Positions 12,353 through 24,870 are shown, counted from the first letter of the stretch. The stretch is 32,000 nucleotides of DNA from Candidatus Saccharimonadota bacterium (GCA_036689225.1 CP144768.1:95306-127305); one strand, 5' to 3'. A program made the numbers and translations. Notes: generated from the sequence alone by a model not told the origin.

Positions 12353-13273
12353 ATGAAAATTATAAATAATGTTGCTATATTTTTTGGTGGTAATTCTTCT
12401 GAAAGAAATATTTCTATAGAATCTGGTTATTCTATTTTTAGAATTTTATTAAAAAAAAAAATAAAAGTTTTTCCTGTAGATTTAAAATATTTTTCTTTAA
12501 ATGATTTTTTGAAAAAAAAAATAGATAAAGTTTTTATAGCATTACATGGAAAAATAGGAGAAAATGGAAATATACAAGGTTTTTTAGATTTTTTAAATAT
12601 TTCTTATACTGGAAGTGGAGTTTTTACTTCATCTTTATGTATAAATAAATATAATACTAAAAAATTTTTAAGTATATATAATATAAATGTATTACCTGAT
12701 TTTCTTTTAAAAAAAAATATAATTATTAAGAATAATTTTTTTAGATTATATAAAAAAATTTTATTTAAATTTAATGTTCCTTTTATATTAAAACCTAATG
12801 ATCATGGATCAAGTATAGGTTTAAATTTAATAAATAATTTTATTGATTTTAAAAATTATTTTAATAAAAATATTAATTTTTTTAATGATTTTATAGTAGA
12901 AAAATATATTTTTGGTGATGAATATACTGTTGCTATATTAGATGGTAAAATTTTATGTCCAATTAATATTAAATTTAATAATAAAATTTTTGATTATTAT
13001 ACAAAATATAAAAATATTAATAATTTTTCTTATTCTAATAATATTAAAATAAATATTAAAAATAAATTGATTGATATATCTAAAAATATATGAAAAATTT
13101 TAAATTGTAAAGGTTGTGTAAGAATAGATTATATTATAGATAAATTTAATAATATATGGTTTTTAGAATTAAATACTATTCCTGGAATGACTAATACTAG
13201 TTTAGTTCCAATTTGTGCTAAATTTTCTAATATTAGTTATTCTAAATTAATATTAAAAATTTTATATTGTTAA
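12353..13273 (+). CDS. ddl: D-alanine--D-alanine ligase
   Basis: '[19 protein letters not shown]', '[19 protein letters not shown]', '[13 protein letters not shown]', 'GDEYTVAIL' and, after TGA 13091, '[10 protein letters not shown]...[18 protein letters not shown]' match Ddl. The product is 306 aa, the same as E. coli DdlB. It ends at TAA 13271-13273. Confidence 0.92.
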
Positions 13274-13563
13274 TTTATAATTTTAATTTTTTTTATTTTT
13301 GGATAGTTTATTTTTTTTATTATTTTTTTATTTTTTTTAATTAAGTATTTTTTTATATTTTTGTTATTAGTTTTTATATATATATTATTTTTTTTTATAT
13401 TTATTATTTTATATTTTTTATTATTTTTTTTTAATAAAATATTGTTTATTTTTTTATTAATTTTTTTTATTAGTTTACTTTTTAATATTATTGAATATAA
13501 ATTACTTTTTTTTTTAAGATTATTAATTATTTTTTTAAATAATTTTGGTTTTTTATTTTTCAT
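13270..13563 (-). CDS. Hypothetical 97-aa Lys/Asn/Ile-rich basic protein (possibly a spurious ORF in a poly-T scar)
   Basis: The ORF runs from ATG 13563 to TAA 13270-13272, antisense to its flanking genes. No motif is recognisable. The plus strand here is strongly T-rich, as over real minus-strand genes in this window, but that bias alone also generates such ORFs. Confidence 0.2.
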   Translation of the reverse strand: MKNKKPKLFKKIINNLKKKSNLYSIILKSKLIKKINKKINNILLKKNNKKYKIINIKKNNIYIKTNNKNIKKYLIKKNKKIIKKINYPKIKKIKIIN

Positions 13564-13680
13564 TATTGTTTTTTAATTTATAATAATATATATTATAAAT
13601 TACCTTAAATATTAAATAATAATATATATTTTATATTATTATTATAAATTTTTTATTATATACAAATTTTATATATTATT

Positions 13681-16182
13681 ATGTTTATTAAATTATTTTC
13701 TAATATTTTTAATAATAAAAATAGAAAAAAAATTAATTATTTTTATAAAATTATAGATAAAATTAATAGTTTAAAAAATACTTTTTCTAAATATTCTGAT
13801 TATACTCTTAAAAGTAATACTAGTATATATTGTAAAATGTTAAATTATAATAATATTTATGATTTTTTACCTTATATATTTACAAATATATATGAATCTA
13901 TAAAAAGAGTTTTTGGAATTAGATTATTTGATGTTCAATTATTAGGAGCATTATCATTATATGATGGATATATTATTGAAATGAAAACAGGAGAAGGTAA
14001 AACTATTACTTCTACTTTATCTGCATATTTTTATTCTTTGTTTAAAAAAGGTGTTCATATTATAACTGTTAATGATTATTTAGCTAAAAGAGATTGAGAA
14101 AATAATAGTAAATTATTTAATTTTTTAGGTTTAAATGTTGGTTTAAATTTACCTAATATGTCATTGTTAGAAAAAAAAAAATCTTATTTATGTGATATTA
14201 CTTATGGTACTAGTAGTGAATTTGGTTTTGATTATTTACGCGATAATATGGTTTTATCTAAAAATGATAAAGTTCAAAGAAAAAAATTATTTTATGCTAT
14301 TTTAGATGAAGTTGATTCAATTTTAATAGATGAATCTAGAACTCCTCTTATTATATCTAATGATTCTGAATTTGTTAATAATTTTTATAAAAAAATAAAA
14401 GAAATTATTTTTAATTTTAAACCTGGATATAAAGAGAATTATAATGATAATTTGAATGATAAAGATTTTATAATTGATAAAAAATTAAATCAAATTTTTT
14501 TTACTGAAAAAGGTTTTATTAATATAGAAAAAATATTTATAAAAACTAATATAATTAATAAAAGAAAATTTTCATATAATATTAAAAATATTAATATTAT
14601 AAATTATACTATTTCTTTATTAAAAGCATATTATATTTATAAAAAAAATGTTGATTATTTAGTTAAAGATAATAAAATAATTATTATAGATGAAAATACT
14701 GGTAGAATGGTTCCTGATAGAAGATGATCTGATGGATTACATCAAGCTTTAGAAATTAAAGAAAATGTTAAAATAAATTGTGATAATAAAATATTAGCTT
14801 CTATTACTTTTCAAAATTATTTTCGTATGTATAAAAAAATATGTGGTATGACTGGTACTGCTATAACTGAAGCATCTGAATTTAATATAATTTATAATTT
14901 AGATACTATAGTTATTCCAACTAATAAACCTATGATTCGTATTGATTATAATGATTTAATTTATTTAACTGAAAAAGAAAAAATAGATTCTATAATATAT
15001 GATATAAAAAATAAACATATTAAAGGTCAACCAATATTAGTAGGTACTACATCTATTGAAAAATCAGAATATTTATCTTTTTTATTATCTAAAATTGGTA
15101 TAAAAAACAATGTTTTGAATGCTAAATATCATATGTTTGAAGCTAATATTATTTCTAAAGCTGGAAAATTAGGTTCTGTTACTATTGCTACTAATATGGC
15201 TGGTAGAGGTACTGATATAGTTTTAGGTGGTAATTTAATTGATGAAATATTTAAAATTAAAGATAAAAAATTAAATAAAAATAAAATAGATTTAATTAAA
15301 AAAAATTGAAAAAAAAATCATAATTTAGTAGTTTCTTTAGGTGGATTATATGTTATAGGTACTGAAAAATATGAATCTAGAAGATTAGATAATCAATTAA
15401 GAGGTAGATCTGGTAGACAAGGTGATCCTGGATCTTCTAGATTTTATTTATCTATGGATGATTCTTTAATGCGTATTTTTTCTTCTAAAAAAGTTATTTA
15501 TTATATGAGAAAATTAGGTATGAAATATGGTGAATTTATAGAACATCCATGAGTATCATTTTCCATTCAAAATGCTCAAAAAAAAGTTGAAAGTCGTAAT
15601 TTTGAAATACGTAAAAATCTTTTATATTATGATAATATTTATAATGATCAAAGAAAAATTATTTATTCTAAAAGAAATGATATATTATATTCGAAAAATA
15701 TATATAAATATATATGTAAATATATTAAAAATATAGTAAATAATTTTTTATTTTTATATTTTAATAATAGGATATTATTTAATAAATATTTTAAATATTT
15801 AAATGTTAAAATATTAAATTTATGATTAATTAATTATGATTTTTTTAAAATTTATAATTTTATTTTAAATAAAATAATATTTTTTTATAAAAAATGTAAA
15901 AAAAAAATTAATAAAAATATATTATATAAATTACAAAAAAATATAATGTTAAAAACATTAGATATTTTTTGAACAGAATATTTATATATAATTGATAATT
16001 TAAAAGAAGGTATAAATTTATGTATTTATGCTCAAAAAAATCCTAAACAAGAGTATAAAATAAAATCTTTTAATATTTTTATAAATATGTTAGATAATTA
16101 TTATATTGAAGTTATAAAAATTTTTTTAAATTTACCTACAGATTATAATAAATTATATAAATTTATAAATTTATATTTATAA
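13681..16182 (+). CDS. secA: Preprotein translocase ATPase SecA
   Basis: Frame 1 is continuous through several TGA codons. '[28 protein letters not shown]', '[18 protein letters not shown]', '[21 protein letters not shown]', 'W(TGA)[12 protein letters not shown]', 'GMTGTA', '[17 protein letters not shown]', '[37 protein letters not shown]' and '[11 protein letters not shown]' match SecA. TAA at 16180-16182 gives 833 aa, ending before the C-terminal Zn-binding tail of E. coli SecA. Confidence 0.95.
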
Positions 16183-16266
16183 AATTTTTATTTAAATTAA
16201 TTATTATTTTATGTTTATTTATTTATATAAAATTATGTATTTAATTTATTTATAAGAGAATTTATT

Positions 16267-17709
16267 ATGATTAAAAATAATTTTTTTTGTTTATTTTTAA
16301 TATTAATTTTATTTAATAATAATTATGTTTATAGTAATAAAAAAATAATTTTAAATTATTCTAAATTATTTAAAATTAATAATAATAATAATAATAATTG
16401 TAATTTTTTAAATAATGTTTGTTCTTCATTAGTTTTAATAAAATCACGAATATTTTCTTTTAAAAATATTTATTATAAATATAATAATATTTTAAATTTT
16501 AAATATTATTTAAATTTTTTAAAATATAAAAAATATAATAATAATTTTAATTTTTATATTAAAAAAAATAATTTTTTTAAAAAAAAAAATAGATCTTATT
16601 ATTATAGTTTTGGTACTGGTATTATTATTGATAATATTAATGGTTATATTATTACTAATAGTCATGTTATTGATATGAGTAATGATATATTAATAAAATT
16701 AAATGATGGTAGAGAATATTCTGCATTTTTAGTTGGACAAGATAAATATGTTGATATAGCTGTTTTAAAAATTAAAAATTTTAAAAATATTAATTCTATT
16801 AAAATAGGAAATTCTGATAATTTATATTTGGGGGAAAAAATTTTTTCTTTAGGTTATCCTTATAATTTAAATTTATCTATTACTTCTGGTATAATTTCTG
16901 GTTTAAATAGAAATAATATAGGTATACAAAAATATGAAAATTTTATTCAAACTGATTCTTTAATTAATTCTGGTAATTCAGGTGGTGCTTTAATAAATAT
17001 TAAAGGAGAATTAATAGGTATTAATACTGCTGCATTAGTTTCTAATAATGGAAATAATTTAGGTATAAGTTTTTCTATACCTATTAATATGATAAAAAAT
17101 ATTGTAAATCAAATTATTAAAATAGGAGAATCTAAACATATAAATTTTGGTTTTTTTGCTATTAATATAGATAATAATATAAAAAAAATAAAAAATATTT
17201 ATAATAATTTTGGAGTATTTATTACTTATATAAAAAAAAATTCTTTATTTAATAAATATAAAATATTTGTTGGTGATATTATATTATTTATTAATAATAA
17301 ATTTGTTTTATCTTTAGAAGATTTAAATTATAAATTATCTACATTTTTAGTAGGTGATTATATTAATATAGGTTTATTAAGAAAAAATAAATTAATATAT
17401 AAAAAAATATTTTTATTTAATGATGATAAAAATATTTATAATTTTGATATTTTATATAATAATTTTAAAAATTTAGGTTTAACTACATATAATTATTTAA
17501 ATTTAAATAAAAATAATATATATGGAGTATATATAAGTAAAATATTAAATAATAATAATTTTTTTAAAATTGGTGATATTATTATTAATATAAATAATAA
17601 AAATATTAATAATTTATTAGATTTAAGAAAAATTTTATATTTAAAACCTAAATTTATTTTAATAAAATTATTACGTAACAGAAAATTTATTTATTATTAT
17701 TTAAAATAA
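16267..17709 (+). CDS. degP: Periplasmic HtrA-family serine endoprotease (DegP/DegQ-like)
   Basis: A single 480-aa ORF with the N-terminal signal-like 'FFCLFLILILFNNNYVYS'. Catalytic triad contexts are 'TNSHVI', 'DIAVLKI' and 'INSGNSGGALIN'. The C-terminal half is PDZ-like but degenerate. I cannot assign DegP versus DegQ from sequence alone. Confidence 0.85.
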   Translation: MIKNNFFCLFLILILFNNNYVYSNKKIILNYSKLFKINNNNNNNCNFLNNVCSSLVLIKSRIFSFKNIYYKYNNILNFKYYLNFLKYKKYNNNFNFYIKKNNFFKKKNRSYYYSFGTGIIIDNINGYIITNSHVIDMSNDILIKLNDGREYSAFLVGQDKYVDIAVLKIKNFKNINSIKIGNSDNLYLGEKIFSLGYPYNLNLSITSGIISGLNRNNIGIQKYENFIQTDSLINSGNSGGALINIKGELIGINTAALVSNNGNNLGISFSIPINMIKNIVNQIIKIGESKHINFGFFAINIDNNIKKIKNIYNNFGVFITYIKKNSLFNKYKIFVGDIILFINNKFVLSLEDLNYKLSTFLVGDYINIGLLRKNKLIYKKIFLFNDDKNIYNFDILYNNFKNLGLTTYNYLNLNKNNIYGVYISKILNNNNFFKIGDIIININNKNINNLLDLRKILYLKPKFILIKLLRNRKFIYYYLK

Positions 17710-17724
17710 TTATAATTTTATAAT

Positions 17725-18828
17725 ATGTGTTTAAAAAATAATTTATCATTAAAATGAAGACCAAAATTTTTTAAAGATTTTACTGGTCATAGTTATATAA
17801 TTAAAATATTAATTAATAGTTTAAAATTTAATAAAATACATAATTGTTATTTATTTTATGGTTCTCATGGTGTAGGAAAAACTAGTTTAGCTAGAGTTTT
17901 TTCTAAAAGTTTAAATTGTATTAAAGGTATTAATTATAATTTTTGTGGTAAGTGTTTAAATTGTATAAATATTGATTTAAATAAATCTTCTGATGTAATA
18001 GAAATAGATGCAGCTTCTAGAACTAAAATAGATGATATTAAAGAAATTTTAGATAAAATTTATTATTTACCAATTTCTATGCGTTATAAAATATATATAA
18101 TTGATGAAATACATATGTTATCTCGTTATAGTTTTAATTTTTTATTAAAAATATTAGAAGAACCTCCTAAACATGTAAAGTTTATTTTAGCTACTACTGA
18201 AATTAATAAAATTCCTGATACTATTTTATCTAGATGTATATCTTTTTATTTAAAACCTTTAAATCAAAATAATATTATTAAAAGAATGAATTATATTTTA
18301 TTAAAGGAAAATATAAAAATAAATTTTAATATTTTAAAATTAATATCTTTATATTGTAAAGGTAGTATGAGAGATGCTTTGAATATTTTAGATAAATTAT
18401 TTATGTTAAATTTAAATAATAATTTTTCTATTAAAAATATATATTCATTATTAGATATAGTAAATTATAAATGAATATTATTATTAATGAAGTATTTGTT
18501 TATTAAAAATAAAAAAATATTTTTTTTATTATATAAATTAAATAATTTAGATATAAATTATAATAATTTTTTAGTAATTTTAATTGAAAATATTCATAAT
18601 TTATTATTTTTATTTTTATATCCAAATTATATAAATTATTTAGATAAACATTATATAAATATTAAAATTTTAATGAACTTAAAAAAATTAATAAATTTAA
18701 AAGATATTATATTTTATTATAAATTATTTTTATTATGTAAAAAAAATATATCAATTATTGATAATAAAAAAATTATTTTTGAATTTTATGTTATTAGAGC
18801 TTATATATATAAAAATTTTTTTTTATAG
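17725..18828 (+). CDS. dnaX: DNA polymerase III subunit gamma/tau, short form (domains I-III only)
   Basis: ATG 17725 gives 'LKW(TGA)RPKFFKDFTGH', then 'GSHGVGKTSLARVF', 'CGKCLNC', 'EIDAASRTKIDD', 'IYIIDEIHMLS', 'LLKILEEPPKHVKFILATTE' and 'ILSRC'. The frame continues across TGA 18472 to TAG at 18826-18828, giving 367 aa. Confidence 0.9.
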
Positions 18829-18914
18829 TTATTAATTTATAGTAAAAAAATATTTTATTTGTTAATATATTATTAAATTAAATTTATTTATTCAAATATA
18901 ATATAGGAAATATA

Positions 18915-20789
18915 ATGAAAAAAGAAATTCATGTTTTTAAATCAGAAATAAAAGAATTATTGAATATTATGATAAATTCTTTATATTCTAATAAAGAAAT
19001 TTTTTTAAGAGAATTAATTTCAAATTCTTCTGATGCTATAGATAAATTAAAATTTTATTATAATAATAATAATATAAATTTAAATAATGATTTTTTTATT
19101 AAAATTTATATAAATAATAATAATTTAATTATTAGTGATAATGGAATTGGTATGAATAAAAAGGAATTAATTAATAATTTAGGTAAAATAGCTAAATCAG
19201 GTACAAAAGAATTTTTAAATAAATATATTAATTTAAATAATAAAAATAATTTAAATATGATAGGCCAATTTGGTGTTGGTTTTTATTCTTCATTTATGGT
19301 ATCTAATGAAGTTTTTGTTCATACTAAATCTATTTATGATAAAGAAAATGGATATTTATGAAATTCTGATGGTCATGGTAAATATACTATTATTAAAAAA
19401 AAAAAAGATTATGTTGGTACTGATGTTATATTAAATATAAAAGATTCTTGTAAAAATTTTTTAATTGAATCTAATATAAAAAAAATTGTAATTAAATATT
19501 CTAATTATGTTAATGTTCCTATTAAAATTAAATATTTTAATAAAAAAGAAAATAAATATATATTAAAACAAATTAATATATCTAATGCTTTATGAATTGA
19601 AAATAAAAATAATATATCTAATAAAGAATATATTGATTTTTATCATTCATTGACTAATAATTTAGGAAATCCATTAATTTGATCACATAATAGAGTTGAA
19701 GGAAAAAATGATTATATTAGTTTAATTTATATACCTAGTATTTCTCCTTGAAATATATGAAATAGAGATGAATATAAAAATGGTATTAAATTATATATAA
19801 ATAGAATTTTTGTTATGGATAGTATTACTAAAATAGTACCTTTTTATTTAAGATTTATTCAAGGTATAATAGATACTAATGATTTACCTTTAAATATTTC
19901 TCGTGAAATATTACAAAATAGTGATTTTATTAATATTTTACGTGTTTCTATAACTAATAAAGTATTAAAAATGTTAAATAAATTATCTTTAAATAAAGAT
20001 AATTATTTTATTTTTTGAAAAGAATTTGGAAATATTTTTAAAGAAGGTTTAGCTGAAGATCAATCTAATAATTATAAAATATCTTTATTATTAAGATTTT
20101 CTTCTACTTATTATAATTCTGAAAAAAAATATGTTTCTTTAGAAGATTATTTAAATCGTATGATACCTGGTCAAGATAAAATTTTTTATATTATTTCTGA
20201 TAATTATTTATCTTCTTTTAATAGCCCTCATTTAGAAATATATCGTAAAAAAAATATAGAAGTATTATTAATGTATAATAGAATAGATGAATGAATGATG
20301 TCTTATTTAAATGATTTTAAAGGAATAAAATTTTGTTCTATAAATAAAAATGATATTAATATTTCTAATAATATTATTTCTTTAAATAAATCTGAAATTA
20401 TATATAATAATAAAAATAATTTAGATAATTTTATATTAAAAGTAAAAAATGTATTATTAAAATATAACATTAAAGATGTTATATTAACTAATAAGTTAGA
20501 TAATTTTCCTGTTGTTGTTACTACATCTGTTAATGAAATTAGTACTCAAATGTCTAAATTATTATCTGCTGTTGGAAAATCTATTCCTGAAATAAAATAT
20601 TTATTGGAAATAAATCCTAATCATATTTTAATAAAATATATTAGTAATATTAAAGATAATTTTTTATTTAAAAAATGAATTTATTATTTATTTTATCAAG
20701 CATTATTAATTGAAACTAATTCTTTAGATAATCCTACTAAATTTATTAATATTATTAATGATATATTATCTAAATTAATTATGAATTAA
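18915..20789 (+). CDS. htpG: Molecular chaperone HtpG (Hsp90)
   Basis: 'LYSNKEIFLRELISNSSDAIDKL', 'IGQFGVGFYSSFMV' and 'LPLNISREILQ' match HtpG. Frame 0 is joined over several TGA codons to TAA at 20787-20789, giving 624 aa, the same length as E. coli HtpG. AGGA lies upstream of the ATG. Confidence 0.95.
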
Positions 20790-21090
20790 TTTTTTATATT
20801 AATTAATTTTATTTTATTTTTTAAAAAAAATAAAATGTTAAAATTATTTTTAATTTAAAATTAATTTATTTATAATATTTTTTATATAAATCTTATTTAA
20901 GATATATTTAATAATTTAGTTTTAAATAATGTATAATTATTTTTTATAATATATTATAAAAAATATTTTTTATTTAATAATTATTTATTAATAATTTTAT
21001 TAAATATTATTTAAACTAAATTATTATTTTATATTTATTATTTTTTTATTATTATATATATAATATATAATAATTTTTTTTTAAAATATT

Positions 21091-22077
21091 TTAAATATTT
21101 TTTTTTTTTTTTATATTATTTAATATTTCTATATATATTTTTTTATTTTTTTTTATAAATTTTGATGAATTTATTTTACCTTGTCCTAATTTAATATTAT
21201 TATAATAATATCAAGTAGATTTTTTTTTTATTATATTATATTTAACTCCTACATTTAATATATCTTCATATATATTTATTCCTTTATTATATAATATTTG
21301 AAATTTTGCTTCTTTAAATGGAGAAGATAATTTATTTTTTACTATTTTTACTTTTATTTCATTTCCTATTATATTTTCTTTTTTTTTTATAATTCCTATT
21401 TTTCTTATATCCATTCTAATAGAAGAGTAAAATTTTAAAGCATTTCCTCCAGTAGTAGTTTCTGGATTACCAAATAATATTCCTATTTTTATTCTAATTT
21501 GATTTATAAATATTAATAATATATTAGATTTACATATATTTTTTGCTAATTTTCTCATAGCTTGACTCATCATTCTAGCAGATAAACCTATATGAGAATC
21601 TCCTATATTTCCTTCTATTTCTATTTTTGGTGTTAATGCTGCTACTGAATCTACTATTATTATATCTATAATTTTTTTTTTTGCTAATGAATTACAAATT
21701 TCTAAAGCTTGTTCTCCATTATCTGGTTGAGAAAATAATAATTTTTCTATATTAACTCCAATTTTTTTTGCATAATTTGGATCTAGTGCATGTTCTGCAT
21801 CTATAAATATACATTTTTTATTTTTTTTTTGTGCTGATGCTATTATTTCTAATGTTAATGTTGTTTTTCCAGATGATTCTGGACCATATATTTCTATTAT
21901 TCTACCTAAAGGTAATCCTCCTATACCTAATGCTATATCTAAAGATATAGAACCTGTTGATATTGTTTTTATATTTTTATATATTTTATTATTATTTAAT
22001 TTCATTATAGATCCTTTACCAAATTTATTTTCTATATATTTTATAGTATTATCTATTGATTTATTATTTTTATTCAT
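21091..22077 (-). CDS. recA: Recombinase RecA
   Basis: 'FGKGSIMKL', '[19 protein letters not shown]', '[10 protein letters not shown]', '[12 protein letters not shown]', 'LIFINQIR' and '[19 protein letters not shown]' match RecA. TGA 21211-21213 aligns with the Trp of E. coli 'GAWYSY'. The frame continues to TAA 21091-21093 (328 aa). Confidence 0.97.
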
Positions 22078-22173
22078 TTTTTTGTATATATGTAATAATT
22101 TATATATTATTATATAATATTAATATATTTAGTTAATATATAAATAATTTTATTTAATATAAATTTTAAAATT

Positions 22174-24858
22174 ATGTTTAAAAGTTTTAATGAAATACGT
22201 TATTTATTTATAGATTTTTTTAAATCTAAAAATCATTTTTTAATTGATAGTAGTTCTTTAATTCCTGAAGATAATAGTTTATTATTTACAAATGCAGGTA
22301 TGAATCAATTTAAAAATATTTTTTTAGGTTTAAAGAAAAGTTTATTTAAAGAAGTAGTTACTATACAACGTTGTTTAAGAGTAGGTGGTAAACATAATGA
22401 TATAAATAATATAGGATATACATATAGACATAATACGTTTTTTGAAATGATGGGAAATTTTAGTTTTAATTCTTATTTTAGAAAAGAATCAATTTTATAT
22501 GCTTGAGAATTATTAACTTCTAAAAAATGATTTGGATTAAATAAAAATAAATTAATTATTACTGTTAATATAAATGATTTTAAAACATATAAAATATGAT
22601 CTAATATAATTAATATAAATAAAAATAATATTTTTTTAGTTGGTAAAAAATGTATTAATATAAATAAAAATTTAGATAATTTTTGACAAATGTCAGAATT
22701 TGGTCCATGTGGATATAGTACTGAAATATATTATAATATTAATTCTATTAAAGATATTAATAATTTTTTATTATATAAAGATACTAATAAATATTTAGAG
22801 ATTTGAAATTTAGTTTTTATAGAATATAATATTATTAATAATAATAAAATTGTTTTTTTACCATATAAATCTGTTGATACAGGTATGGGTTTAGAAAGAA
22901 TATCTTCAGTTTTACAAAATGTTATTTCAAATTTTGATATTGATATATTTATAAAATTAAAAAAATATATTTCTAATTTTTTAGATATTAAATTAAATAA
23001 AAAAAATTGTTTTATTTTTAATTTAATTTCTGATCATTTAAGATCTATTATATATCTAATAATAGATAATGTATTACCTTCTAATGAATATAGAGGCTAT
23101 ATATTAAGAAAAATTATTAGAAGAACTTTAACTTATATTTATTTATTATTAAAAAATAAAAATTTTATTTTAAATAAATTATTATATTTTATTAAAGATT
23201 GATTTTTTTATTATTATAATATAAATAATAAAAATATTTTTTTAAAAATTAAAAATATAGTTTTAAAAGAAGAAGAAAAATATTTTAATAATTTATATAA
23301 TAATTTAAATATTTTATATTTTTATTTAAAAAAAATAAATAATAAAAATAATATTTTAGATGGAAAAATTGTATTTTTATTATATGATACTTATGGTTTA
23401 TATTTAGATATTATAATTGAAGTATGTAAATATAATAATATTAATATTGATTTTAAACAATTTTATTATTTATTAGATTTACAAAAAAAAAAATCTAAAT
23501 TAAATAGTTCATTTAATGATTTTAATTTAAATATTAATAATTTAAATAATATTAAAAAAACTAAATTTTTAGGTTATAATATTAATTGTTGTTATACTAA
23601 AGTTATTAATATATTTTATAATAATATTCAAATTGATTATTTTGATAAAATTAATAAAAAAATAATAATTATATTATCTAGTACTGTTTTATATCCTGAA
23701 TGTGGTGGACAAGTTGGAGATAGAGGTATTATATATAATAGTAATTTTAAATTTTTTGTTTATAATACTAAAATTTTAGGTAAATATATAATTCATATTG
23801 GTAAATTAGAATATGGATTTATTAAAATTAATAATTTAGTAAAAGTAAAATATGATAATAAATATAGATTTGATATATCTTGTAATCATTCAGTTTGTCA
23901 TATATTATTATATATTTTAAAAAAAATTTTTTCTAAAAATATTAAACAATGTGGTTCTTTTATAAAAAATAATTATTTTACTTTAGATTTTTATTATAAT
24001 TTTAATTTAGATAATATAAAAATATATAAAATAAATAAAAAAGTAAATGAAATAATATGAAAAAAATTAAATTTTTCAGAAAATTTTATAAAATTAAATG
24101 ATATAAATAAAAAATTTATATTTTTAAATAAAAAAAAATATGCTCGTATTGTTAGTTTTGGTAATTATATAAATGATTATTGTTGTGGTACACATATTAA
24201 TAATACTTGTAATATAAATTTATTTATAATTAAAAAACAATATAATATTTCTAATAATATAAAACGTATAAAAGCATTTACTAATTTATATGCATTAAAA
24301 TATATAAATAAAAATTTATTTTTTTTAAAAAATATTTATAAATTGTTATCTATAAATAAAAAAAATTTATATAAAAAAATATTATATATAAATAAATATA
24401 AAGTAGAAAATAAAAAAAAAGAAAAATTAATATATAATATATTAATCAATAATATTTTATCTCAAATATTAATAAATGATATTATTAAATATATTAAAAT
24501 AAATATTTTAATAAAAAGATTTTTTTATAATGATTTTTTAAATGAAAATATATTATTTATAATAATAAATAAATTAAAAGTTAAATTTAATTTATCATTA
24601 ATAATTTTTATATTAAAAATATGTAATATTAATAAATTAATTTTTTTTTTAAATAAAAATATATTATTTAATTTTAATTTAGATATTTTAAATAATAAAT
24701 TTATTAATATTAAATTTGATAGAATTATAAAAAAAAATAATTTTTTTATAGAATTTTTTAATATTTTATATTTGAAAGATAATTTTAATTTATCTAAAAT
24801 AATAAAATTTGTTAAATTTAAGTTGTTAAATTTTAATAAAAATATTATTATTAAATAA
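22174..24858 (+). CDS. alaS: Alanine--tRNA ligase
   Basis: Frame 1 is continuous through many TGA codons. '[17 protein letters not shown]', '[33 protein letters not shown]', 'FW(TGA)QM', '[15 protein letters not shown]', '[10 protein letters not shown]', an editing-domain 'NHSVCH' and 'CCGTH' match AlaRS. The product is 894 aa with a very degenerate, low-complexity C-terminal domain. Confidence 0.95.
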
Positions 24859-24870
24859 TAAGGATATAAA

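Noticed and set aside
13361-13576. 71-aa plus-strand poly-Phe/Leu ORF that could be a small membrane protein or an FtsQ/FtsL remnant.
   Set aside because: It is a direct translation of a poly-T tract with no recognisable motif, and it overlaps an equally unsupported minus-strand ORF. I kept it only as part of the 'scar' finding.
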